Below are positions 37,408 through 46,555 of a stretch of DNA of 64,000 nucleotides, in pieces (the stretch's first letter is position 1; each line of letters begins with the position of its first letter). The translations under genes were made by a program, and so were the position numbers. Source of the DNA: an uncultured Anaerolineales bacterium (GTDB taxonomy: Bacteria > Chloroflexota > Anaerolineae > Anaerolineales > Villigracilaceae); NCBI GenBank assembly GCA_903884265.1, contig CAISEG010000073.1, positions 13,957 to 77,956 on the forward strand. Direction: 5' to 3'. The notes beneath the pieces were generated by a model. The model saw only the letters and a list, made by a program, of their open reading frames with translations, was not told the DNA's origin and searched no databases.

Positions 37408-39007
37408 GAACCTTATCCGCGGCCAATTTGCCGGTCAGAATGGAAATCGGCAATCCGGAAGGACTATATGTCCATTGTCCCGCCTGGTATATGTCTGGAA
37501 TCGGCGTCAGAACAGAACTTGCCACTTTTGGAAGTCTATTCACTGCTGGGATGTAATCATTGGTGAATGCCCAGCCTGTGATGGCACCATCAGAGTTCCC
37601 GGAGATCCTCTCAATGGTCAGTGGGGTGGAAGTAAAACTGTCAATGACTGCCGCCCTGAGTCCCGGGTAAATACTGGAATCCAGCACATCAATTATCTCA
37701 TTCGTCATCATTTCCTTAAACTCGTCATACCATCCCATTGCCTGGATATGTTTCGCCAGGGAATAGTCAAATAACACGCTGATGATAAGCCCTGTTTTGC
37801 CTTCGGGGGCAAGGCTGCCATCCCTGAGAACGGGGCAGGATATTTCATAGGTGTTAAGCTCAAGGAATCGCTTTAGCCAGGTCACAATCCGTTGTTTATC
37901 ACCAATAATTCTTCTAAGGTCCTTCCGGTCAGGGTCGAACAAACCATTTATACTGGAATTGGATAGACCGGATATGGATGGGGTATAGAAAAAGTGAGCG
38001 TTGGATATTTTTGCAAAATACGCCTTGTCTAAATTTATGGTTAGGTAAAGGGTAAAAACGGAATCTCCGCCGGTTTTCCCTGAAATTGCTTTCTGTCTTG
38101 CTTGGATCTTCCTGACTACTTTGCTGTCCGTCAAGGTTGACAGGTTGGTGATGCGGAAAAGGGTCTTTAAATCCGCCGCCCAGACCAGCTTCCTGTATCG
38201 ATATAGATTTCCATTGGAATCAGCCACCTGATTCCTTCCAGGATCAACGCTTGTAATCTCCGTTTCTTTTATTATTTCTCCGTGATTTTCCAGGATGAAC
38301 CGCTCCATTGCCTGGGGAAAACTTCCGGTTCCTCCCCTGGGGTATCGGTAATCCAGGTAAAGGGTGAAATAACTTAACGCAAAGTATGCCGGGGTCTTTT
38401 GAAAAAAATGCTGGTCAATGATATCCAGTAATGCCTGGTTCTTGGAAAATCCGGACAGGTATTCATCTACAGGCTGATATAGTTTGGTCATTTTTGGAAG
38501 AGTTCGTATGTATTTCATTGCCCATGGAAGAATCGTCCTGGATATATATTTCAGGTTGGTTAAATCCATGAATAGCGGATTATCAATGCCATAAAGGATA
38601 TCCATGTACCCCATAACTTTGCGGACTTCCTGGACAATGCCAGCAATATCCCGCTTATTTTCAGGAAAGTATTTTCCCAAAAGTTCCTGGTAGGCTTTCA
38701 GACTGTCTTTTGAGTCGACCTCGACCACATCTTTTCCAATGCCAATGGATACGCCATTCGCAAGAAATTCGACTTCCAGTCCCAGCTGTCTGAGCATAGG
38801 AAACACAATCCCTGAATTTTCAATCCCCCGGATGCCCCCATCAAAAACGAATCCCTTATAATTAAACGAATTGACCAGCCCCCCGGTCTTCTTTTCCTTT
38901 TCGCACAACAGAACCTTCAAACCCGCTTTGGAAAGGTAAGAGGCGGCCGTAAGGCCGGCCATTCCGCCTCCAACAATGATGACATCATAAGTTAAAGAGG
39001 TATCCAT
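37391..39007 (-). CDS. FAD-dependent oxidoreductase of the phytoene desaturase (CrtI)/amine oxidase superfamily
   Basis: 538 aa. Dinucleotide fold YDVIIVGGGMAGLTAASYLSKAGLKVLLCEKEKKTGG. C-terminal FAD block YQAGQWTYSPSGLP. Confidence 0.75.
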   Translation of the reverse strand: MDTSLTYDVIIVGGGMAGLTAASYLSKAGLKVLLCEKEKKTGGLVNSFNYKGFVFDGGIRGIENSGIVFPMLRQLGLEVEFLANGVSIGIGKDVVEVDSKDSLKAYQELLGKYFPENKRDIAGIVQEVRKVMGYMDILYGIDNPLFMDLTNLKYISRTILPWAMKYIRTLPKMTKLYQPVDEYLSGFSKNQALLDIIDQHFFQKTPAYFALSYFTLYLDYRYPRGGTGSFPQAMERFILENHGEIIKETEITSVDPGRNQVADSNGNLYRYRKLVWAADLKTLFRITNLSTLTDSKVVRKIQARQKAISGKTGGDSVFTLYLTINLDKAYFAKISNAHFFYTPSISGLSNSSINGLFDPDRKDLRRIIGDKQRIVTWLKRFLELNTYEISCPVLRDGSLAPEGKTGLIISVLFDYSLAKHIQAMGWYDEFKEMMTNEIIDVLDSSIYPGLRAAVIDSFTSTPLTIERISGNSDGAITGWAFTNDYIPAVNRLPKVASSVLTPIPDIYQAGQWTYSPSGLPISILTGKLAADKVLKDLL

Positions 39008-39028
39008 TAAGTTGCGCTCCAGGTCAAA

Positions 39029-39058
39029 ATTATATCAGGTGTCTTTCAATAACATCAA
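39029..39058 (-). promoter_or_regulatory. candidate promoter of the CrtI-like gene
   Basis: On the minus strand: TTGATG (39058..39053), 18-nt spacer, TATAAT (39034..39029). GGAG SD downstream. Confidence 0.4.
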
Positions 39059-39179
39059 GATTTATTCAAGGCAGGATATTCAAAAGCAAGAGCCAGCCTT
39101 CCCCTATGGGACAATTAGCGAGGAGGAACTTCAACGCTAAAAGAAGACAACTCTGGAAAGAGTTAGTGTGCTATCTAAT

Positions 39180-39215
39180 GTTAAAAGTCCCAGGCCTTCG
39201 TCCGGGACTTTTAAC
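39180..39215 (-). terminator. 12-bp perfect hairpin downstream of the 39234..40568 gene
   Basis: GTTAAAAGTCCC-loop(12)-GGGACTTTTAAC, beginning 19 nt after the stop codon. Confidence 0.55.
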
Positions 39216-39233
39216 ATTAAAGATAATCCTCAC

Positions 39234-40568
39234 TTATTTCTTCTTGCTCTTCTTCCCAAATTTTGCCTTGAGGATATCCTCCAGCGTCGGCTGGCCGATC
39301 TCCTGCAGCTCATAGCGTACACGCTGGTAGGGTTTGGTGATCTTAATGACCCGCGTTAGGTCGATCGGGGTGCCAATGATGACCAAATCCACATCAGCTT
39401 TCTTGATGGTGGCCTCCAGGTCTTTCATCTGAGCCGCACCGTAGCCCATGGCCGGAAGGATGGGACCGGTCTTGGGGTATTTCTTGTAAGTTTCGGCGAT
39501 GGATCGGACCGCGAACGGTCGCGGGTCCACGATCTCTTTGGCGCCGAAGCGTTTGGCAGCCACGAATCCAGCGCCGTAAGCCATCTCACCATGGGTCAGG
39601 GTGGGGCCGTCCTCAATGACCAGGACGCGCTTGCCCAGGATTGCTGCTGGATTGTCGACAAAAAGCGGAGAGGCAGCTTCGATGATGGTGGCTTTCGGAT
39701 TCAGCTGGCGCAGGTTCTCGCGGATCTTGATGACCGCCTGCGGGTCAGCAGTGTCAACCTTGTTGATGACGATCACATCCGCGTCACGGCTGTTGACCTC
39801 GCCGGGATGGTAGGCGCTCTCATGCCCGGGGCGGTGCGGATCAGCGACCACGATCTTCAGGTCCGAGACATAGAACGAGAAATCGTTGTTACCTCCGTCC
39901 CAAAGGATGATATCCACTTCCTTCTCAGCGGCGCGCAGGATCTTCTCGTAATCCACTCCGGCATAGACAATGACACCGTTGTCGATGTGGGGTTCGTATT
40001 CCTCGCGCTCTTCGATGGTGCACTCGTTCTTATCAAGGTCAGCGTAGGTGGCGAAACGCTGGACTTCCTGCTTGACCAGGTCACCGTAGGGCATCGGGTG
40101 ACGGATGGCAGCGACCTTGAAGCCCATGTTGCGCAGGATGAGCGAGACACGGCGAGTGGTCTGGCTCTTGCCCGCCCCGGTACGCACTGCACAGATCGAT
40201 ATGACCGGCTTTGTGGATTTGACCTGGGTGGATTTCTCCCCCATCAGGCGGAAGTCGGCTCCGGCAGCCAGCACCATCGAAGCCTTGTGCATGACCACTT
40301 CGTGTGGAACATCCGAGTAGGCAAAGATGACCTGCTCCACTTTCAAATCCTTGATGAGTTTCAGCAGGTCGGTTTCGGCATAGATGGGAATGCCTTTGGG
40401 ATAAAGTTTCCCCGCCAGTTGTTTCGGATAAGTGCGGCCTTCGATGTCGGGGATCTGGGTCGCAGTAAAAGCCACCACTTCATAGTCCTTGTTGTCACGG
40501 AAATAGACATTGAAGTTGTGAAAGTCGCGCCCGGCGGCGCCCATGATGAGAGTACGGGTTGGGGACAT
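39234..40568 (-). CDS. cyclic 2,3-diphosphoglycerate synthetase-family P-loop protein
   Basis: 444 aa. The N-terminus LIMGAAGRDFHNFNVYFRDNKDYEVVAFTATQIPDIEGRTYP and the P-loop-like CAVRTGAGKSQTT match my recollection of the cDPGS family. Not verified by search. Confidence 0.55.
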   Translation of the reverse strand: MSPTRTLIMGAAGRDFHNFNVYFRDNKDYEVVAFTATQIPDIEGRTYPKQLAGKLYPKGIPIYAETDLLKLIKDLKVEQVIFAYSDVPHEVVMHKASMVLAAGADFRLMGEKSTQVKSTKPVISICAVRTGAGKSQTTRRVSLILRNMGFKVAAIRHPMPYGDLVKQEVQRFATYADLDKNECTIEEREEYEPHIDNGVIVYAGVDYEKILRAAEKEVDIILWDGGNNDFSFYVSDLKIVVADPHRPGHESAYHPGEVNSRDADVIVINKVDTADPQAVIKIRENLRQLNPKATIIEAASPLFVDNPAAILGKRVLVIEDGPTLTHGEMAYGAGFVAAKRFGAKEIVDPRPFAVRSIAETYKKYPKTGPILPAMGYGAAQMKDLEATIKKADVDLVIIGTPIDLTRVIKITKPYQRVRYELQEIGQPTLEDILKAKFGKKSKKK

Positions 40569-40747
40569 AAAAATCTCCTTCAGAAAAGATGAATTTCAGT
40601 AAAAAGCAGTCTGTGCTTGCTGTATCCATTGGCAGATTTCACAATGGCAAGAACCTCCCGCGCTTCCCTGGAAGCTCTCTGTCCAAATGGGCATCCTGCA
40701 AGAAGACAGAAATTTACTGATCTTTCGCAGCGGACTGCTCCGCTACG

Positions 40748-42526
40748 TCACATCACTTCTGGGGCTGTGATGCCCAAAAGCGCCAATGAATTGGCCAAGG
40801 TTTGCTTTACCGCGGCGACCATGCGCAGGCGTGCCGCTCGGATCTCGGGACTGGCCTGCACGACCGGGCAGGCATCGTAGAACCCGGCAAAGGCTTTGGC
40901 AGTATTGTAAGCAATGTTGGCAATGGCAAGCGGTTTGTACTCTGCCGCCGCGCGCTGGACCTCCGACGGAAAACGGGAGAGCCAGTCAATTAATTCCACT
41001 TCGGCAGGTTCAAGTGAATGATCGAAAGCCGAAGGGGGAAGATTGGTGATATCAACGCCAGCTTTCCGCAAGATCGAGTTGCAGCGCACGTGTGCATATT
41101 GAATATAAGGTGAAGCCTGTCCGTTGAAATCCAGTGCTGTCTTCCAATCAAAGGTGACCATTTTCGTATTTTCACGCGCCAGCATGGGATACTTGAGGGC
41201 ACCCAGCCCGACGGCTTTTGCTACACTTTCGAGCTGTGCCTCGGTCAGTGAGGGGTTTTTCTTGTGGGCTTCGGCCCTGGCGCGCGTGGTGGCTTCGCGC
41301 AGTAAATCTTCTAGAAGCACGACCGTCCCTTCACGGGATGACATGACCACGTTGCCGGGCAGAGTCACCAATTCGTAGGAGATATGCCCGGATTTCCTGG
41401 CCTGCTCGTGCCCGGCGATTTCGAGGATCTTGAATATCTGGGTAAAGTGCAGGCTCTGGCGTACATCCACCAGGTAAAGTGACTTCGCCAGGTCGGGATA
41501 ATCGCTGAATTTATGTAAAGCCAGTGCCAGGTCTTCGGTGGCATAAAGGGCGGTCCCGTCTGAGCGTAAAACAACCGCTGTATGGAACTGTTCCTTTGCC
41601 AGACCCAGCACCTCGTCGATTTTGACGATCACCGCCCCACCCTGCGACCTCTCGTCCGTGGCAATGCCACGGCGGACGAGCTCCTCGACGATCTCCTTGC
41701 CGGATTTTTCTTCCTGGCTGTTGAAGTAGTAGACATCAAAACGCACGTCGAGGGCGGCGTACATCTGGCGGAAACCTTCCAGTGACCACTCGCGGGTCCG
41801 CTCCCAAAGGGCGACGATCTGTGGTTCGCGCTTATCCCAGCGGGCATACACGCTGCGAACCTCGGTCTCGAGGTCAGGATCCTCTTCCAACCGCTTCGAC
41901 GCCTCGGCATAGATCTCGCCCATCCATTTGGTGATATCAGCGGATGGCTCTTCGCCGTTGTGGAACTTAAGATATCCCCATAGCCACTTGATGACATGCA
42001 GGCCCATATCGCCTGGGTAGTTGGCGCGCACCACGTCATACCCGGCAAATTCCAGGATACGGCAGATGGCGTCGCCTAAAATGGTACCGCGCAGATGCCC
42101 AACATGGAAAGCCTTGTGGGTATTCGGGTGGGAAAATTCGATCATCACGCGCTGACCAGTGGCGGGTCCAGACCCGAAGCGATCTTTCTGGTCCAGCACA
42201 GTCTCCACAACACGGCGGGTATATTCCTGCGTATCGAAAAACAGGTTGAGATAACCCTTGACCGCTTCGGCATGGCTGAGACCGGGTACACCGCTCACCT
42301 GGCTCTGCACCTGTTCGGCAATTTCCTGGGCGCGCTGGGCAACGTCTATTTTTTTACCCAGGCGCGCCTCGGCCGCAGCGACTGCAAAAAAGGAAGTGGA
42401 CATGCCCCACTCCCCGCTAAAGGGAATTGGTTTCCACTCCAGCACAGACAGGGGAATCCCATTGGCTGTGCAGAAGGCTTTGATCCTGGCTTCGATGGTT
42501 TGCTGTTCGGTTTGAAACATAGTCAC
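40748..42526 (-). CDS. argS: arginine--tRNA ligase
   Basis: 592 aa. Class I HIGH motif (PNTHKAFHVGHLRGTILGD) and an anticodon-binding DALR-type C-terminus. Start is either the GTG at 42526 or the ATG at 42520. Confidence 0.9.
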   Translation of the reverse strand: MTMFQTEQQTIEARIKAFCTANGIPLSVLEWKPIPFSGEWGMSTSFFAVAAAEARLGKKIDVAQRAQEIAEQVQSQVSGVPGLSHAEAVKGYLNLFFDTQEYTRRVVETVLDQKDRFGSGPATGQRVMIEFSHPNTHKAFHVGHLRGTILGDAICRILEFAGYDVVRANYPGDMGLHVIKWLWGYLKFHNGEEPSADITKWMGEIYAEASKRLEEDPDLETEVRSVYARWDKREPQIVALWERTREWSLEGFRQMYAALDVRFDVYYFNSQEEKSGKEIVEELVRRGIATDERSQGGAVIVKIDEVLGLAKEQFHTAVVLRSDGTALYATEDLALALHKFSDYPDLAKSLYLVDVRQSLHFTQIFKILEIAGHEQARKSGHISYELVTLPGNVVMSSREGTVVLLEDLLREATTRARAEAHKKNPSLTEAQLESVAKAVGLGALKYPMLARENTKMVTFDWKTALDFNGQASPYIQYAHVRCNSILRKAGVDITNLPPSAFDHSLEPAEVELIDWLSRFPSEVQRAAAEYKPLAIANIAYNTAKAFAGFYDACPVVQASPEIRAARLRMVAAVKQTLANSLALLGITAPEVM

Positions 42527-42583
42527 TCGTACCTGAAATTATATCATTCCAGACCTTAAAGGTTTGTGAGACGTTCAGTATAC

Positions 42584-42742
42584 CTAAAAAAACCTGCTCC
42601 AGCTGCCATCTCCGTCGATGATGAATTTGTCGATACCGGCTTCGAGATAAGGTGCCTCGAGTAAACCCTGCAATGCGCGCACAATGCTGGTCTTGCCGGA
42701 ACTGGAGGTGCCATTGATGAAAACGATCGTTCCACTTTACAT
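42584..42742 (-). pseudogene. remnant of a chloramphenicol-phosphotransferase-like (CPT) P-loop kinase gene
   Basis: On the minus strand: ATG-TAA-SGTIVFINGTSSSGKTSIVRALQGLLEAPYLEAGIDKFIIDGDGSWSRFF-TAG. Codon 2 is a stop, and the frame ends after 50 codons, whereas the family is about 175 aa. The segment IxxNGxSSxGKxxIxRxLQ..L..P.L..G.D.F matches the CPT N-terminus. Confidence 0.5.
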
Positions 42743-42823
42743 GGACAGCCTCGAATTAAGAAACGGGAGCCCCATCGTTCCGGGCGCTCCCGCTCAAGGT
42801 TTTTGCAAGCCGCGAACTCAGGA

Positions 42824-43330
42824 CTATTTCTTCGCGGTAGTCTTTTTAGGGTTGGTTGTTTTCTTAGCTGCTGGTTTTTTAGTCTCGGTTTTTTTGACAG
42901 CTGGTTTTTTAGCAGCAGTCTTCTTTTTAGGTTCGCCCTTGAGTTCTCCAGCAGCGTCAGCCTTGGGCTCTTTTTTCACGGCAGCCGTACGGCGCGAGGC
43001 AGCTTTCTTCTTTACAGGTTCGGCCTCCGCGACCGGTTCCACCGTCGCAGGTTTGGCTTCGACCGTGGCTGGTTCCATTTTGGCCAAGGCCTTCATCAGG
43101 CGGCTTTTGCGACGGGCGGCGTTATTCTTGTGGATCACGCCTTGTTCGGCAGCTTTATCCAGGGAGCTGATGGCTTCCAAGACAGCTGCTTTCGATTCGG
43201 GAGCGCCTTCCTCGATAGTGTTGCGGGCATTTTTGACAGCAATGCGCGCTTCGCCGCGGTAGACGCGGTTGCGCAGACGTTTCTTGTCATTCTGACGATT
43301 ACGTTTGATTTGAGACTTAATGTTAGCCAC
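42824..43330 (-). CDS. rpsT: 30S ribosomal protein S20 with ~80-aa Lys/Ala/Pro-rich C-terminal extension
   Basis: (M)ANIKSQIKRNRQNDKKRLRNRVYRG...AAEQGVIHKNNAARRKSRLMKALA is the canonical S20 sequence. GTG start after GGAGGAAG. The tail is ...KKKAASRRTAAVKKEPKADAAGELKGEPKKKTAAKKPAVKKTETKKPAAKKTTNPKKTTAKK. Confidence 0.9.
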   Translation of the reverse strand: MANIKSQIKRNRQNDKKRLRNRVYRGEARIAVKNARNTIEEGAPESKAAVLEAISSLDKAAEQGVIHKNNAARRKSRLMKALAKMEPATVEAKPATVEPVAEAEPVKKKAASRRTAAVKKEPKADAAGELKGEPKKKTAAKKPAVKKTETKKPAAKKTTNPKKTTAKK

Positions 43331-43640
43331 TTACTTCCTCCAAATATTAATACAATTTCACGGCGCATCATTTTACAGCACGGCAGGGAATCTGTCCAGA
43401 CCGAATTGACCGCCAATTTTAGGAAAGGATTCAGAAAATGATATAATGGCAATAAATGAGCCTGGAGATGTCTGGATGACCTATGCCAGTCACCCAGATG
43501 TGGACAGTGGGAAGGCCGTGACAATTCCATTTTGTCTAGGCTTTGAGGGAAATACAGATCCAAAAGCAGAAGTGATCCTGAATTTATCCGTTTTTGAAGA
43601 GAATGCATTATATCCGTTTCTCGCTAATTGGAGGCGTGGG

Positions 43641-45218
43641 ATGAAACTCAATCACTTCTTCTTGCTCATTAGCCTTGTTATATTGGGCTTTGCCTGTCCC
43701 TTATCCGCGTCAGTGACGCCCACAAATCCTGCTGTTCCAACCTCGATCACGCCCACGCCCGCGATTCCAACCACCTCCATCCCAGCAACAAACGTCCCAA
43801 CCACAAGTCAAACATCTATAGAAGCAACGGTCGCGTCGACGCTTACTACGGCAGGACCGTATCTGGTCTACGTGCGCAACCAGGGGAACGGGCAGGAATT
43901 GGTGTTGATGGACGCAGATGGAAAAGGGGAAAAGACATTTCCTTTCCCGATGAATAACAATCTTTCTACGCCCCGGTTGCTTTCCAATATGGTCTCACCG
44001 GATGGGCTCTGGCTGGCATACTATACCGGATCTGCCGGGCCGGCTTTTGGCCAGGTAGGACCCAATTCAGCAGACCTGACGCTCAACCTGATGAGCCTGT
44101 TCGGTGGCATGGCACCGGTCGGGAGCACGCAGATTATTGCCCACCTATTATCTGTTGATTATCCCGTCAACTTTGCGCAGGCAGCCCAGCAACTAGGTCT
44201 ACCGGATATCAGCGCACAGAGTTTGCAGGACGCATTCGTGAACGGGATCGCCCAATCCATCGCCTGGTCGCCGGATGGACTGTACCTGGCCTTCGCCGGC
44301 CAGATGGACGGGCTTTCGTCAGACTTGTATCTTTATGATACCTCCGACGGAACCATTCAGCGGTTGAGTAGCGGCCCGGAGGAAGTCCAGTGGATCGACT
44401 GGTCGCCGGATGGGAAATGGATCCTAGATGGGAGCTGCTACCAAGTCGGAGAAGGAATGACCTACAATGTCTATGCGACCTCGCTTGACGGGAGGGCCGT
44501 CCGCACTTTGATAGAAAATTTCACCCTCGCCGGCGACCCGAACTGGATCAATGCACACGCGTTCCTGGCATGGCAGAGTCAGAATGGGCCAGGGAATTTC
44601 GAGCTGGAGCGGGTCGATGTTGAAAGCGGTAATGAAACCATGATTTGGAATGGCTCTTTTGACTGGATAGCAGTCGACCCGGCCGGGTCCTGGCTCGCTT
44701 TACATGCATGGACGAGTGGGATTAGCGGGCTATCGCTGATAAACCTGGCAACTCTGGCATCGACCCGCGTCAAGGTTCCTGATATGGCTCATATTTATGG
44801 AGTTTATCAGGATATGCTCGGCACCGGTTCAGCACCAGATCGGCTATTTTTAACCAGAGATGAAACCGATTTGAGTTTATATTATCTCTCGACAGACGGG
44901 GTAATGACACCTGCCGGAACCAGTGCAAATCTTTTCAGCGTGGCACCCAACCATGCGGGTTGGATTGCGATAAAGGATAATATCCAATTATTTCTGGAGA
45001 ATGGCTCCCAGACCAATACTTTCACCCTCCCCGATGGGATGAAGGGGGGTGATTTCCAACAAATCATCTGGCGGCCAGATTCATCAGGTATTTTCCTGTT
45101 AAGTTCCGCCAACCGGTTATACGCGTTGGACTTTTTGTCCGGTATTTCTACATTAGTCGGACAATCTTTGATTATTTACCCGGCGGGTCCTGAAGGGTTG
45201 ATCTGGGTACACAAATAA
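43641..45218 (+). CDS. lipoprotein with Thr/Pro linker and TolB-like (PD40/WD40-like) beta-propeller repeats
   Basis: ATG at 43641 after GGAGG. Signal peptide plus lipobox LGFAC. PD40-type repeats VSPDGLWLAYY, AWSPDGLYLAFAG and DWSPDGKWILDG. Confidence 0.65.
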   Translation: MKLNHFFLLISLVILGFACPLSASVTPTNPAVPTSITPTPAIPTTSIPATNVPTTSQTSIEATVASTLTTAGPYLVYVRNQGNGQELVLMDADGKGEKTFPFPMNNNLSTPRLLSNMVSPDGLWLAYYTGSAGPAFGQVGPNSADLTLNLMSLFGGMAPVGSTQIIAHLLSVDYPVNFAQAAQQLGLPDISAQSLQDAFVNGIAQSIAWSPDGLYLAFAGQMDGLSSDLYLYDTSDGTIQRLSSGPEEVQWIDWSPDGKWILDGSCYQVGEGMTYNVYATSLDGRAVRTLIENFTLAGDPNWINAHAFLAWQSQNGPGNFELERVDVESGNETMIWNGSFDWIAVDPAGSWLALHAWTSGISGLSLINLATLASTRVKVPDMAHIYGVYQDMLGTGSAPDRLFLTRDETDLSLYYLSTDGVMTPAGTSANLFSVAPNHAGWIAIKDNIQLFLENGSQTNTFTLPDGMKGGDFQQIIWRPDSSGIFLLSSANRLYALDFLSGISTLVGQSLIIYPAGPEGLIWVHK

Positions 45219-45531
45219 CCGGAGAGGAAGCAAATATGGGAGCCAAGAATTTCTTGAAAGCGGCAAGACATGGGTTCAGATCAAACCGGCCATCGCCCAT
45301 TGAGGCAGACCGGATGGCAACCAGCCTCACAAACATCGCCAGACCGTTGGGGTAAACCATGTCCCCTTACACGATCGCAGTCTGGTAAAGAGAGAAGAAA
45401 ATCCGTCCTGGCCAAAACAACATCCAATTCTTTATGGATCAATACGAATGTACTCATTGCCTTTGACGTCATAAATGCTATAATTGTTCAATCGATAATT
45501 TTCAATCTTAAATATTCCAAGGAGCCCTTTT

Positions 45532-46239
45532 ATGAACAAGAAAATGATCTTCCCTGTTTTGGCCCTGGCGCTTGCCATTCTCGCCTGTACTTTCAACAGC
45601 GTGACACAGCCTACGCCAACGAATGTGCCACCCGTCGTTCAACCCACTGTGCCTCCCGTCGTGCAATCCAACGTCCTCTTCCAAGATAATTTCAGCAGCT
45701 CCAACAGCGGCTGGGAAGTCGGCGACTACGCCTCCGGAAGCGTCGGTTATGGTAACGGATATTATTTCGTGAAAACGACGAAAAAAGGGGTCAACATGTA
45801 CGGTGCGGCTTTCCAGACGATGACAGACGCAGTCATTGAGGTGGATGCCACGGAAGTCAACGGCCCGAGCAATAACAATACCGGGTACGGCGTGGTCTGC
45901 CGCCTGCAATCAGGTACCGATGCCGATATGGGCTATTATTTCCGTATCAGCGGCGATGGTTATTATTCTGCAGATGTGGCGAGTGGCGGCAATTTTACTA
46001 CCCTGCTGACTGGTGACGATTGGCAGACTTCCTCCGCCATCAATCAAGGCAGTGCGACCAACCACATCCTCGTGAGCTGTAACGGCAATCATTTTATCTT
46101 CGAGGTCAATGGGGTTACCTTGTTCGAAGGGGATGACAGCACATTCGTTTCCGGTGACGTTGCCCTGATGGGCACCACCTATGAAGACAGTACCTCCGCC
46201 GAATTCCATTTCAACAATTTCGTAGCCTCGCGACCATAA
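45532..46239 (+). CDS. lipoprotein with a concanavalin/LamG-like (DUF1080-like) jelly-roll domain
   Basis: Signal peptide plus lipobox LAILAC. Pro/Val linker (PPVVQPTVPPVVQ). The body FQDNFSSSNSGWEVGD...YYFRISGDGYY...FEVNGVTLFEG resembles DUF1080-type domains. Confidence 0.45.
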   Translation: MNKKMIFPVLALALAILACTFNSVTQPTPTNVPPVVQPTVPPVVQSNVLFQDNFSSSNSGWEVGDYASGSVGYGNGYYFVKTTKKGVNMYGAAFQTMTDAVIEVDATEVNGPSNNNTGYGVVCRLQSGTDADMGYYFRISGDGYYSADVASGGNFTTLLTGDDWQTSSAINQGSATNHILVSCNGNHFIFEVNGVTLFEGDDSTFVSGDVALMGTTYEDSTSAEFHFNNFVASRP

Positions 46240-46266
46240 GACGGACGTCAAACCCACTTTTGCATT

Positions 46267-46301
46267 CCAGCCGGTCAGTATGCTGACCGGCTGGTTTTTT
46301 T
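46267..46301 (+). terminator. intrinsic terminator
   Basis: CCAGCCGGTCAG-TATG-CTGACCGGCTGG followed by TTTTTTT. Confidence 0.85.
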
Positions 46302-46502
46302 GCATTCCTCTTTATTTGTTCGTACAAAATCCCTTTTTACCTGCCAATGGCGTCCAAAAGCAGACTGATATGGCTTTTCACGCCAATCCTGTTTAGTCTT
46401 GGGTACAATCGACCTCCTGAGGAGGAGGCGAGATAACTGATGGCAGAACGGCAAGCCGCGATTGGAGGGGGGAAATAAAAGAGAAACAATTCATTGCTCC
46501 CC

Positions 46503-46555
46503 GAATTTCCAGCCTCAAGCGGAATTTCTCCCATAGAATTTCAATCGTGAATTTG
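46503..46555 (+). repeat. four direct GAATTT(C/G) heptamers in 53 bp
   Basis: GAATTTC at 46503, 46522 and 46536, and GAATTTG at 46549, all inside a 521-bp non-coding gap. Confidence 0.5.

Noticed and set aside
39008-39180. Search for a second copy of the litR inverted repeat (TTGTCAAGT/ACTTGACAA) at the CrtI-like promoter, and at 35644..35971
   Set aside because: No match better than scattered 5-6-mers was found, so there is no evidence that these genes belong to the LitR regulon.
39591-40592. 333-aa + strand ORF
   Set aside because: It is antisense to the cDPGS-family gene, whose own frame carries P-loop and conserved N-terminal motifs.
42684-43441. 192-aa and 212-aa + strand ORFs overlapping rpsT
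   Set aside because: Both are antisense to a bona fide S20 gene. Their sequences (FFLG..., LFRF...) are the complement of the Lys/Ala repeat tract and are low-complexity artefacts.
45270-45689. 139-aa ORF between the two lipoprotein genes
   Set aside because: It overlaps the well-supported signal-peptide start of the 45532 gene in another frame, and has no SD.
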